From NCBI GenBank assembly GCA_031459765.1, contig JAVKHY010000001.1:221701-285700 (forward strand): DNA of 64,000 nucleotides. Reading direction: 5' to 3'. The position numbers were made by a program, and so were the translations under genes. The notes under the pieces are model-generated. The model worked only from the letters and a program-made list of their open reading frames with translations, searched no databases and was not told the DNA's origin. This stretch comes from Candidatus Kaftiobacterium secundum. GTDB lineage: Bacteria > Sysuimicrobiota > Sysuimicrobiia > Sysuimicrobiales > Kaftiobacteriaceae. Position 1 is the stretch's first letter. Each line of letters starts with the position of its first letter. Of this stretch, positions 26,574-40,560 are shown in pieces.

Positions 26574-27116
26574 TCACTGAACTTCTCGAGCCACGGCACC
26601 AAGCAACAGCAGTAGTGCGGCAATCCAATACACCCAATCGCCTGTCTGCGGGCTCCAACGCTTCTCCCTGAGCCGACGCACGCTCCAAAGACCCCGCTGT
26701 TCCCAGAGTGCCCAACCTCTCGTTGCTTCATAAGCCGCCGTATAGGCGAGCAGTTCCATGAAGCCGGTCCGCGTCCAAAGCACCGCGGCGGAAAATGTTA
26801 CGGGCCGACCTGCGAAGACAAAGGAGTTGGTGCCCAACAACAGGCCATAGAGGATCCAGAAGACAGGGAGAACATACAGGCCGCCGGCGTACTTGCCCGC
26901 TTGGAACAGGTTCATGAACTGGATACCGAAGAAGGGCACCAGGTTCGCCAAGAACACGCGTCCGAATGTGAACTCACCGACGCGTGCTGAGAACAGGCGA
27001 GAGAAGTAAGGACGGAAGACCCCTTCTGGCAAGGTCAGCCGGCTAAGCCACCACGTGCCGAACATCAACGCGGTGAGCACCACGACCAACCTGAGAAAAG
27101 AGAGCAATCGCCTCAT
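26574..27116 (-). CDS. Hypothetical membrane protein, lower GC than flanks
   Basis: 180 aa, about 5 hydrophobic segments; no recognised family (faint SpoIIM-like pattern). Confidence 0.55.
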   Translation of the reverse strand: MRRLLSFLRLVVVLTALMFGTWWLSRLTLPEGVFRPYFSRLFSARVGEFTFGRVFLANLVPFFGIQFMNLFQAGKYAGGLYVLPVFWILYGLLLGTNSFVFAGRPVTFSAAVLWTRTGFMELLAYTAAYEATRGWALWEQRGLWSVRRLREKRWSPQTGDWVYWIAALLLLLGAVAREVQ

Positions 27117-27223
27117 TGCAAGACCCGCGGCATGATGGTGCCGCGCGGGTTAACGTTCCGGTTCTGCGACGGCCCCGCAGCGGACCGTCTGCTGCGACCG
27201 ATTGTATCCTTTCGCGGGATGAC

Positions 27224-30200
27224 TCAGCGGATGAGGTGGGCGACCTGGACCTTGTTGCCGCCGGAGCGCTTGGCCGTGTACTGGGCGCGGTCCACGGCGT
27301 CGACCAGCGCGTCCACCCCCTCGCCGTCTTCCGGCATGGCGGCCACGCCCACGCTCAGCGTCACCGTGGTCACCACGTTTTCCCCGAGCAGAAAGGGATA
27401 GGCTTCCACGGCCCGGCGCAGACGCTCGGCGACCTCGAAGGCGGTGTCCTTGGAGGTGTTGGGCAGGACGATCATGAACTCGTCGCCGCCGTAGCGCGCC
27501 ACCAGATCGGCGGTGCGGCTCCCCTTGCGCAGGAGATCGGCCACGGTGCGCAGCACCTCATCCCCCTGCTGGTGGCCGTAGGTGTCATTGTAGCGTTTGA
27601 AGTTGTCGATCTCCAGCATGATCAGGGCCAGCGGCTGCCCGTCGCGGCGGCAGCGCTCCAGGGTGCGTTCCATCGCCTCGTGCAGGTAGCGGTGGTTGTA
27701 CAGTTCGGTGAGCCCGTCCGTGATCGCCATGTGCTTGGTCTGCTCGAAGAGGCGGGCGTTCTGGATGGCTACGGTCGCATACCCGGCCAGGGCGGTGAGG
27801 ATGCCCAGGTCGCGGGGACCGAAGGCGCCCCGGCGGGTGCTCTCGATATTGAACACGCCGATGACCCGTCCTTCGCCGATCAGCGGGACGGCGATCTCGG
27901 AGGCGACCCGGTCGTTGATCCCGACGTAGCGCGGGTCCTGGCGCACGTCGGCGACGATCTCGGCCTTCCCCGTGCGCTGGACCCACCCCGTGATCCCCTT
28001 CCCGGACGGAATCCGATAGCCGTGGAACCCCGCGGGGTAGCCGTAGGTGGCCTCCACGACGAGGTCGCCGGTGCGGTCGTCGGTGAGAAGGATCGCTCCA
28101 TACTCGTAGCCGAAGGCGCGGCAGGGGACCTGGATCAGGTTGTCCAGCACCGTTTCGACCTCCAGGGAACTGCTGATCGTCTTCGCCGCCTCGTAGAGCA
28201 CGCTGAGCTCGTCCCGGGCCTGCTGCGCCTCCTCGTAGAGCGTCGCGTTGCGCAGGGCGATGGACAGCTGGCGGGCCAGCGTCTCCAGCAGGGCCAGATC
28301 GCTGTCCGTGAGCGGCCGGTCGGCGCGCGCCTCGATGTTCAGGACGCCGATCACGGCGTCGTCGCTGACGATCGGCACCGCCGCCTGGGATCGCACCGTC
28401 TCATCGGCGGGGATGTACTCGCGTTCGCGGGTGACATCGGCAACGAGAATCGGCTTCCCCGTGCGCGCCACCCGGCCGATCACGCCCTTGGTGATGTGGA
28501 GGCGCTCGTGCACCTGGGCGTAGCCCACCTGGGCCGCCAGCCTCAGGTACTCCCCCTCGCGACGGTAGATGCTGACGTGGGTGTACCCGAAGGTGGCGGC
28601 CACCTCGGCCACGATGCGCCGCACCAGCTCTTCCAGATGCAGGGTCCCGGAGAGGGTGCTCATCAACCGGTTGAGCAGATCCACCTCCGCCGCGCGCCGC
28701 TGGATCTGGGCGAACAGCGAGGCGTTGTTCACCGCGCTGGCGGCCTGGCTGGCGATGGCCCGGGCCAGGAGCAGGTCGTCCTCGGTATAGGGCCGGACGC
28801 GGTCGTGGAAGAAGACGATGGCGCCGATCTGCTCCCCGCGGTACAGCAACGGTAGAAAGGCCAGGGTGCGCACCGGAGCCAGCATCTCGGCCAGCGCCCG
28901 GCATTCTCCCGAGAACAGCCGCTCCTGCAGCATCTGCATCCCCGGGTGGCTGCGCAGGTCGTCGATGACCTGGACCTGGCCGAAGTCGACCGGCAGCGGC
29001 GTCCCCGCCGGCGGCGCGGCCCGCCGCATCAGGGCGGCGAACTCCGGCGGGAATCCTTCCGCGTAGACGGCCGCCACCCCGCCCTGGGGGGCCCGGACGA
29101 AGACCGCGCAGCGGTCGACCTCCAGGACCTGGCCCGCCTCCTCCATGACGGCGCGGACCAGCGTCTCTATGTCCAGGGTGCCGGCGAAGGCCGCGGACAG
29201 CCGCTGCAGAGTGGTCAGCCGCTCGATGTTGCGGCGGCTGGCCTCAAACAGACGGGTGTTCTCGATGGCCGTGGCCACCTGTCCGGCGATGGCTTCCAGC
29301 AGGCGCAGATCGCGCTCGGAGTAGGCGTAAAAGGTGTAGCTCTGGACGGAGATCAGGCCGATGGTCTGCTCGCCCTTGATCACCGGCACGAACATCAGCG
29401 AGGCGCTGCGTTTCTCCTCCCGCCCTACGCGTTCAAAGGTGTCGGGCTGGTTCATCTCCTCGGGCGTACGGTTGATCAGGACGGGCCGGCGGCCCTTGAG
29501 GATCTCGCCCATGGCCCGCCCGTGATCGTAGGGCTGGCGTGGGAAGCGCTGTCCGGAATCCACCAGGAAGTCAAAGTAGAGCCGTGCCGTCTCCGTGTCG
29601 TAGATCGCCACGTAGAAGGCGTCCGCAGACATGGCCCGGCTGATCTCCCGGTACAGGGTCTCGTACAACTCGGCGAGATTCAGGGTCATCGCTGCGCGGC
29701 CGATGCGTTCCACGATCTGCAGCTGGCGGTGGGACTGCTCCCGGGTCGTGGACAGCATCAGGATGTAGCCCACCACCAGCAGTGGCGCGGTCAGGATCGC
29801 CGCCCCGGCCGGCAGGGCGTGAAGATAGATCAGGGCCAGCATCAGACCCAGGGTGGCGAAGGCCAGGCTGTTCAGCAACTCCCAGGCGATGTTGGCGCGG
29901 AAGACGGCCAGAAAGGAGGTCGCGCCGCGCATCGCCACCATGCCGCTGACGAAGAGGCTGGTGGCGAGGACGTAGCAGAAGATCGCGGCCAGGAAGGCCG
30001 CCCAGAAGACGACATCGATGCGGCCGGAAAAGAGGGGAGCCCGGAGGACGGCGCCTGTGGGCGCGATGGCATGGAAGACGAGGCCGGCCAGCAGCACGGA
30101 CAGGATGTACTGTCCGCTGTTGAACACCGTATTGAGGTAGGGACGCCGGTGGAGCAGGCCGTTGCCCACCACGACCCCGGCGGCCATGATCAGCGCCGCG

Positions 30201-30415
30201 TAAACCGGGCCCACGATCAGCAGCGCGGCGGAGGCCACGACCGGCCCGGCCGACTGGAAGCCGCCGCGGGGAAGCGGCACCATCAGCCACTCCGCGGCCA
30301 CGGCCATGATCGTGAAGATGGCGACGAGCGCCGGCGGCGGCGGAAGGGTGCCGGCCAGGAAGGCAAGGAGCACCGCCCACCCCGCCACCGCGACGCTCCA
30401 GGCGTAGAGCATCAC
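27224..30415 (-). CDS. Membrane-anchored multi-GAF diguanylate cyclase
   Basis: N-terminal TM bundle, four GAF-like repeats, TDGLTELYN, RTAD I-site, RYGGDEF. Confidence 0.92.
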   Translation of the reverse strand: MMLYAWSVAVAGWAVLLAFLAGTLPPPPALVAIFTIMAVAAEWLMVPLPRGGFQSAGPVVASAALLIVGPVYAALIMAAGVVVGNGLLHRRPYLNTVFNSGQYILSVLLAGLVFHAIAPTGAVLRAPLFSGRIDVVFWAAFLAAIFCYVLATSLFVSGMVAMRGATSFLAVFRANIAWELLNSLAFATLGLMLALIYLHALPAGAAILTAPLLVVGYILMLSTTREQSHRQLQIVERIGRAAMTLNLAELYETLYREISRAMSADAFYVAIYDTETARLYFDFLVDSGQRFPRQPYDHGRAMGEILKGRRPVLINRTPEEMNQPDTFERVGREEKRSASLMFVPVIKGEQTIGLISVQSYTFYAYSERDLRLLEAIAGQVATAIENTRLFEASRRNIERLTTLQRLSAAFAGTLDIETLVRAVMEEAGQVLEVDRCAVFVRAPQGGVAAVYAEGFPPEFAALMRRAAPPAGTPLPVDFGQVQVIDDLRSHPGMQMLQERLFSGECRALAEMLAPVRTLAFLPLLYRGEQIGAIVFFHDRVRPYTEDDLLLARAIASQAASAVNNASLFAQIQRRAAEVDLLNRLMSTLSGTLHLEELVRRIVAEVAATFGYTHVSIYRREGEYLRLAAQVGYAQVHERLHITKGVIGRVARTGKPILVADVTREREYIPADETVRSQAAVPIVSDDAVIGVLNIEARADRPLTDSDLALLETLARQLSIALRNATLYEEAQQARDELSVLYEAAKTISSSLEVETVLDNLIQVPCRAFGYEYGAILLTDDRTGDLVVEATYGYPAGFHGYRIPSGKGITGWVQRTGKAEIVADVRQDPRYVGINDRVASEIAVPLIGEGRVIGVFNIESTRRGAFGPRDLGILTALAGYATVAIQNARLFEQTKHMAITDGLTELYNHRYLHEAMERTLERCRRDGQPLALIMLEIDNFKRYNDTYGHQQGDEVLRTVADLLRKGSRTADLVARYGGDEFMIVLPNTSKDTAFEVAERLRRAVEAYPFLLGENVVTTVTLSVGVAAMPEDGEGVDALVDAVDRAQYTAKRSGGNKVQVAHLIR

Positions 30416-30449
30416 TGGTACTTCTTCCCGTCCGACGGAACGGGTACTC

Positions 30450-30659
30450 CTACCCGGCTGTGGCCTCCGGCGGCCGGCTGATGAACCGCTTGATGCGCCG
30501 CTCGAACTTGACGCGGTCCATTAGCACATACCGTCCGCACCCCTGGCAGCGGATGCCGACGTCGGCGCCGAGCCGTTCCACCTTCCACCGGTCGCTGCCG
30601 CAGGGATGGGTCTTCTTCGTCTGGACGACGTCGCCGAGGTAGAGCTTCAGCACAGGCAC
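30450..30659 (-). CDS. DUF951 family protein (YyzM-like)
   Basis: GDVVQTKKTHPCGS..W..R.GAD..IRC.GC. Confidence 0.9.
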   Translation of the reverse strand: MPVLKLYLGDVVQTKKTHPCGSDRWKVERLGADVGIRCQGCGRYVLMDRVKFERRIKRFISRPPEATAG

Positions 30660-30665
30660 GGCAGG

Positions 30666-32167
30666 CTACCGCGGCCGGAGGAGGATCTCCACGGGGGCGT
30701 AGTCGTCGGTCAGGGTCGGGACGTCCTCCACCGGGATGGGCTCAGTATAGAGGTCCGCGGCCGCTTCCAGGAAGCGGGGGATGGTCACCCCCGCCCGGGC
30801 CTGTGCGGTCCGCGCCGCGGCGCGGACGGCCTCCGGCGACCGCGGGGGAGAGGTGCTGCCGACGATGATGATGTTGCGCAGACTGTCTCTGCCGCCGTAG
30901 CGCCCCCAGTCCGTGGGGAAGACGTACACCGCGGGGAACACCTCCCGGGAGGTCCTGTAGACCGCCCGGAAGAAGCCGCTGCGCGGCCCCTCCAGCGCCC
31001 CGATGACGTTGCTGGCCAGCACCCCGCCCGGCGTCAGGTGGGCGCGCACCGTCTGGAAGAACTCCCGCGTGGCCAGATGGAAGGGAATGGTGTCGATGAG
31101 GTACGCGTCCAGCACGATGATGTCGTACCGTTCGGAGGAGCGGGCCACGAACAGGCGCCCGTCCTGGGCCACCAGCCGCATCCGGAGGTCCTGGGGGACG
31201 CCGAAGTAGCGGCGGGCCGCCGCGATCACCGCGGGGTCGATCTCCACCACGTCGATCCTCATCCGCGGATAGTCCTCGTGGTAGCGACGGGGCGCGGTCC
31301 CGCCGCCCAGGCCCACAAACAGCACCCGCGAGGCTTCGGGCCGGAACAGCAGGGGCAGGTGGAGATAGTCGGAGTAGGCAAAGACCGTCCGGCGGGGATC
31401 GGTCAGATCCATTCCGCTCTGCCAGTAGGCGTCCAGGCGCAGATAGCGCACCCCGGCCTCGTCGTCCACGGTGATCCGGTGGTACACAGTGTCGCGCTGG
31501 AACCGGCGGCCGGGAGGAGACTGCTGCCGTCCGGCCATCGGGACGCCCGCGAGCAGCAGCAGGGCGACGGCCCCGGCGACGGCGGCCGCAGCCCCGCGCC
31601 CTGCCGCCAGCCAGGTCGGCACGGCCAGAAGCATCATCGTCCCGCCAAGGAGGTAGATGATGACGGGGACGCTCATCCAGGAGAGCAGCACGAAGGCGGC
31701 CAGCAGGGTCCCGAGGATGCTCCCCACGGTGTTGAGGGCGTACAATCCCCCGGCCACGTTGCCAATGGTGGCCACCGTGCGGGCGTGCAGGCGGACGGCG
31801 AAGGGAGAGAGGGCCCCGATCACCACGGCCGGCAGGAAGAAGAGGGTGACCGCCGCAAGAAGCGGCGCCGTCCGGGGACCCACCGCGCTCAAGGCGATCG
31901 TCCCCAGCACGCCAGGCGCCGTGAGGGGGATTGGCACGAGCAGCGCGCCCGCCAGGAACACCAGCCCCGCAAACACCGCGGCGCTCGCCGTGCGATCCGC
32001 GACCAGCCCGCCGAGGAAATACCCGACGGCCAGGGCACCGAGGAAGACTCCGATCAGCGCACCCCAGACGTAGACGGAATTCCCGAGAAATGGGGCGACC
32101 ACGCGGCTGGCCACGATCTCCAGGGCGAGGAGCACAGCCCCGCTCAGGAAGACGACCAGCCTGAGGA

Positions 32168-32171
<4 letters not shown>
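30666..32171 (-). CDS. Fused membrane (MFS-like)/spermidine synthase-like SAM-fold protein
   Basis: N-terminal TMs; [34 protein letters not shown]. Confidence 0.85.
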
Positions 32172-34783
<2,612 letters not shown>

Positions 34784-34789
34784 GGTCGT

Positions 34790-35731
34790 TTACGTCCTCA
34801 CCCGCTCCTTTCGCAGCCGGCCCAGCTCCTCCACCAGCTCCCGCTCGCGCCTGGTAAGGTTCTTGGGCAGGACGACCTTGACACGCACCAGCTGGTCCCC
34901 GCGACCGCCCTCCCGGCGCGGCATGCCCAGACCGCGGAGACGAAAGATCTGCCCCGGCTGCGTCTCGGGAGGGACCGTCATCTCCACGGGGCCCTCCAGC
35001 GTGGGCACCTCGATCGTTGCGCCCAGGAGGGCCTCGGTCAGGGCGACCGGGACCTCGGTGATCAGGGCGTCGCCCTGCCGCTCGAACCGGGGATCCGGAC
35101 GGACCTGGACCGTCAGGTAGAGATCCTCCCCGTCCAGGGCGCCGGGCAACCGGATGCGCTGGCCGCTGCGCACACCCCGCGGGATGGAGACGTCCAGGCG
35201 GCGTGTCGTTCCGTCCATCCGCACGGTGACCGACTTCTGTGCGCCGCGAAAGGCTTCTTCCAGGGTCACCTCGATCGTCGCCGCGGGCTCGGGCGCCCCG
35301 GCCGGTTGGGTGGCGGAAACACGCCGGCCGCGCCGGGCCGCACCCACCGGGCCGCCGCCGAAGAACTGCTGGAAGAAATCGCTGAATCCGCCCAGGCCGC
35401 CCAGCAGATCCCTCAGATCTTCGGGGATATCGTAGGTCACCGTCCATCCGCCGGGCGGCCGCCCCCAGGGTGCCGCGCCGCCGAACATCGTCTGCCAGTC
35501 CATCCCGCCGCGCTGGTAGACCTCGTACATCTGGTCGTAGCGCGCGCGCTTCTGCGGGTCGCCCAGCACCTGGTAGGCCTCGTTGATCTCTTTGAAGCGC
35601 TCCTCGGCGCCCTTGGTCTTGTTGATGTCGGGGTGGTACTGGCGGGCCAGCTTCCGGTACGCGGCGCTGATCGCCTTCTGATCGCTGCCGCGGTCCACGC
35701 CGAGGATCTTGTAGTAGTCCTTGAACTCCAT
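34790..35731 (-). CDS. dnaJ: J-domain co-chaperone lacking the Zn finger (class B DnaJ/CbpA-like)
   Basis: KDYYKILGV, HPD, C-terminal DnaJ_C; no CxxCxGxG repeats. Confidence 0.9.
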   Translation of the reverse strand: MEFKDYYKILGVDRGSDQKAISAAYRKLARQYHPDINKTKGAEERFKEINEAYQVLGDPQKRARYDQMYEVYQRGGMDWQTMFGGAAPWGRPPGGWTVTYDIPEDLRDLLGGLGGFSDFFQQFFGGGPVGAARRGRRVSATQPAGAPEPAATIEVTLEEAFRGAQKSVTVRMDGTTRRLDVSIPRGVRSGQRIRLPGALDGEDLYLTVQVRPDPRFERQGDALITEVPVALTEALLGATIEVPTLEGPVEMTVPPETQPGQIFRLRGLGMPRREGGRGDQLVRVKVVLPKNLTRRERELVEELGRLRKERVRT

Positions 35732-35752
35732 CGCCCCGCCCGGCTCCCCGAT

Positions 35753-36289
35753 CTACCTGGCCACCCGCACGCGCGCGGGGCGGAGGACCTCCCCGTGCCA
35801 CAGGTAGCCGCGCTGCAGCTCCTCCACCACGGTGTCCGGCGGCGCCTCCTGGTCCAGGGCGATGTCCACCGCCTCGTGGAGGCGCGGGTCGAAGGTCTTG
35901 CCCCGCGCCTCCATGGGCTCCACGCCCATGGTCTTCAGGACCTCCAGGACCTGCCGGTGGGTCATGCGGATCCCTTCCAGGATCGCCTGCGGATCCGCCG
36001 TCGTCCCGTGTTCCAGGGCGCGCTCGAGGTTGTCCACCACGGTCAGGATCACGCCCAGCAACTGGGCGCGTACGCCCTGGACGGCATCCTCGCGCTGGCG
36101 GGCGGCCTGCTTCTTGTAGTTCTCCAGGTCCGCCGCCGCATGGAGAAACTGCTGCCAGTTGCGCTCCGCCTCTTCCCTGGCCCGCGCCAGTTCCGCCTGG
36201 AGCTCCTCCACACTGACTGTGGGGGCGGCCGGTTCCTCAGGTCCCGCCGGACGCGGCTCCTCGGCCGGCCGCCCGCTGTGCTCGTCCAT
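35753..36289 (-). CDS. grpE: Nucleotide exchange factor GrpE
   Basis: ADLENYKK, FDPRLHEAV, GY...VLRPARV. Confidence 0.95.
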   Translation of the reverse strand: MDEHSGRPAEEPRPAGPEEPAAPTVSVEELQAELARAREEAERNWQQFLHAAADLENYKKQAARQREDAVQGVRAQLLGVILTVVDNLERALEHGTTADPQAILEGIRMTHRQVLEVLKTMGVEPMEARGKTFDPRLHEAVDIALDQEAPPDTVVEELQRGYLWHGEVLRPARVRVAR

Positions 36290-36292
36290 CGC

Positions 36293-38209
<1,917 letters not shown>

Positions 38210-38272
38210 ATCAGATGGCTCCTCTCACGTTTCAGCCACTCCCCTGAGGCGGCGCGGGGGAGGTCGGCGGGC

Positions 38273-38722
38273 CTAGCCGCCGACCTCCACCTTGACCGTC
38301 TTGGGCTTGGCCCGCTCGCTCTTCGGCACCCGGATCTCCAGGATGCCGTTCTTGTAGGTGGCCTTCGCCGCCTCGCCCTGCACTCCCGTAGGCAGCGACA
38401 GCTGGCGCACGAAGGAGCCGTAGCGCAGCTCGCGCCGGTAGTAGTTGCGCTTCTTCTCCTCCTGCTCGCTCTTCGCCTCGCCCTTGATCGTCAGAGTGTC
38501 CTCCGTGACCGAGACGTCCACCTGGTTCGGGTCGACGCCGGGCAGCTCGGCCCGCACGACGAAGTCGTGGTCGGTCTCATAGGCTTCGATCGCCGGCTGC
38601 CAGACCACGGGCACCCCGCCGCGGCGCTCCGGGCGCCGGGTGAAGAACTCCTCGAACAGCTTGTCCATCGACTCCCGCAGGGACGCGAGATCGTCGAAGG
38701 GATCCCACCGAATCAGGCTCAT
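38273..38722 (-). CDS. Hsp20/alpha-crystallin small heat-shock protein
   Basis: RWDPF, AELPGV, YGSFVR, ATYKNGILEI. Confidence 0.95.
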   Translation of the reverse strand: MSLIRWDPFDDLASLRESMDKLFEEFFTRRPERRGGVPVVWQPAIEAYETDHDFVVRAELPGVDPNQVDVSVTEDTLTIKGEAKSEQEEKKRNYYRRELRYGSFVRQLSLPTGVQGEAAKATYKNGILEIRVPKSERAKPKTVKVEVGG

Positions 38723-39036
38723 CGCACTCGCCTCCTTCGCACCGTGCGTTCAAAGATCCAGCTCATCGAATCCCCCGAGCCGCGGTACTCCAGCCGCTCG
38801 TACACGTCCAGCAGCACGCGCACCCCGGCCAGGTTCAGGCCCAGCTCCTGGGTGAGGTGGCGGATCAGGCGCACCCGCTCCAGGTCGCGGTCCGAGTAGA
38901 GGCGGGTGTTGTTCCGCCGGGCCGGATGGACCAGGCCCTTCTCCTCGTAGATCCGCAACGTCCGCGGGTGCAACCCGGTGAGGTCCGCGGCGACGCTGAT
39001 CACATAGACCGGCCTGTCGTCCTGGCGCGACCTCAC
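38719..39036 (-). CDS. hspR: MerR-family heat-shock repressor HspR
   Basis: PVYVISVAADLTGLHPRTLRIYE, GLNLAGV; GTG 39036 with SD; first gene of chaperone operon. Confidence 0.9.
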   Translation of the reverse strand: MRSRQDDRPVYVISVAADLTGLHPRTLRIYEEKGLVHPARRNNTRLYSDRDLERVRLIRHLTQELGLNLAGVRVLLDVYERLEYRGSGDSMSWIFERTVRRRRVR

Positions 39037-39060
39037 GTCCTTCCTCCCCCCCGCCTCCCC

Positions 39061-39114
39061 ACGATAGCCATTGACAAAGGTATTGTCAAGAAGCTTGACA
39101 ATGGTATTGTCATA
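39061..39114 (-). promoter_or_regulatory. hspR-operon promoter overlapped by two tandem 21-bp inverted-repeat operators
   Basis: -35 TTGACA (39089-39084), 17 nt, -10 TATCGT (39066-39061); ATTGACA-N7-TGTCAAG at 39070-39090 and CTTGACA-N7-TGTCATA at 39094-39114. Confidence 0.8.
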
Positions 39115-39199
39115 GGGGCCGGAGCCGATGGCCGGGGCTTCCCCCCGGAATAGAATGACGAAGAGGGGGCGTAATAGCGGCGGAGGTTTGGACAGGACG

Positions 39200-40129
39200 A
39201 TGCGCAACGTGATCATCCTGGGCTCCGGGCCGGCGGGGCTCACCGCGGCGATCTATACGACGCGGGCCGGCCTGGAGCCGCTGGTGGTGGCCGGCGCCGA
39301 GGCCGGCGGCCAACTCATGCTCACCACGGAGGTGGAGAACTACCCCGGGTTTGCCGAGCCCATCCTGGGACCGGACCTGATCGCGGCGATGCGCGCCCAG
39401 GCCGAGCGCGTCGGCGCGACCTTCGTCGCCGAGGACGCGGTGGCTGTGGACTTCTCCCGCCGCCCCTTCCGGATCACCCTGCAGTCGGGCGAGGTGGAAG
39501 AGGCCAGGGCGGTGATCATCGCCACCGGGGCGAAGGCCAAGCTGCTGGGACTGCCCGGGGAGCAGCGGTTCATGGGGCGCGGCGTGAGCACCTGCGCCAC
39601 CTGCGACGGGTTCTTCTTCCGCAACCGCGACGTGATCGTAGTCGGCGGCGGGGACACCGCCATGGAGGAAGCGCTCTACTTGGCCAAACTGGCCCGCGCC
39701 GTCACCGTGGTGCACCGCCGGGACCGCCTGCGCGCCAGCAAGATCATGCAGCAGCGGGCCATGGCCCAGGAGAAGATCAGTTTCCTCTGGAACACCGTGG
39801 TGACGGAGATCCTGGGCAACGGCAAGGTCAGCGCCGTCAGACTCCAGGACGTCCGAACCGGCGAGGTCACGACCCGCCCCACCGACGGCGTCTTCGTGGC
39901 CATCGGCCACAAGCCCAACACCGAGCTCTTCCGCGGCCAGCTGGAGATGGACGAGCAGGGCTACATCATCCGCGTGCGGCGCTCCATGACCAGCGTGGAA
40001 GGCGTCTTCGTCGCGGGAGACGTCCACGACCACACCTACCGGCAGGCCGTGACGGCCGCAGGATACGGCTGCGAAGCGGCCATCGACGCCGAACGCTGGC
40101 TGGCCGCGGCGGGCGAGGCGACCGGCTGA
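39200..40129 (+). CDS. trxB: Thioredoxin reductase
   Basis: GSGPAG, CATCDG, GGGDTAMEE, GVFVAGD. Confidence 0.97.
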   Translation: MRNVIILGSGPAGLTAAIYTTRAGLEPLVVAGAEAGGQLMLTTEVENYPGFAEPILGPDLIAAMRAQAERVGATFVAEDAVAVDFSRRPFRITLQSGEVEEARAVIIATGAKAKLLGLPGEQRFMGRGVSTCATCDGFFFRNRDVIVVGGGDTAMEEALYLAKLARAVTVVHRRDRLRASKIMQQRAMAQEKISFLWNTVVTEILGNGKVSAVRLQDVRTGEVTTRPTDGVFVAIGHKPNTELFRGQLEMDEQGYIIRVRRSMTSVEGVFVAGDVHDHTYRQAVTAAGYGCEAAIDAERWLAAAGEATG

Positions 40130-40468
40130 TCAGCTGATCGGCCGGCCGATCACCTGGTCGATCCGCTTCTTCAACTCCGGTTTCGGCATGTACCCCACCA
40201 GCCGTTCCACCATCTGGCCGCCCTTGAAGATCCCCAGGGTGGGAATGCTCATCACCCCGTAGCGGTAGGCCAGGGCGTTGTTCTCGTCCACATCGACCTT
40301 CACGACCTTCAACCGCCCGGCGTACTCGCTGGCCAGGTCCTCCACAACGGGGGCAATCATCCGGCACGGGCCGCACCACTCGGCCCAGAAGTCCACCAGG
40401 ACCGGGACGTCACTCTGGATGACCTGCGCCTCGAAGTCTCGCTCGCTCACATGGACGGCCTTGCCCAT
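40130..40468 (-). CDS. trxA: Thioredoxin
   Basis: DFWAEWCGPC, VMSIPT. Confidence 0.97.
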   Translation of the reverse strand: MGKAVHVSERDFEAQVIQSDVPVLVDFWAEWCGPCRMIAPVVEDLASEYAGRLKVVKVDVDENNALAYRYGVMSIPTLGIFKGGQMVERLVGYMPKPELKKRIDQVIGRPIS

Positions 40469-40560
40469 CACCTGCGCCTCCCTCTCCATCCGTCTCCTGC
40501 ACCGACCTGCCAGGAGCGCAGAACGTCGTCCCGACGGAGACTATTCCCCTGCATTATACG

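Noticed and set aside
40124-40135. trxB and trxA converge with abutting stop codons (TGA TCA)
   Set aside because: Compact packing is sufficient explanation; no further signal
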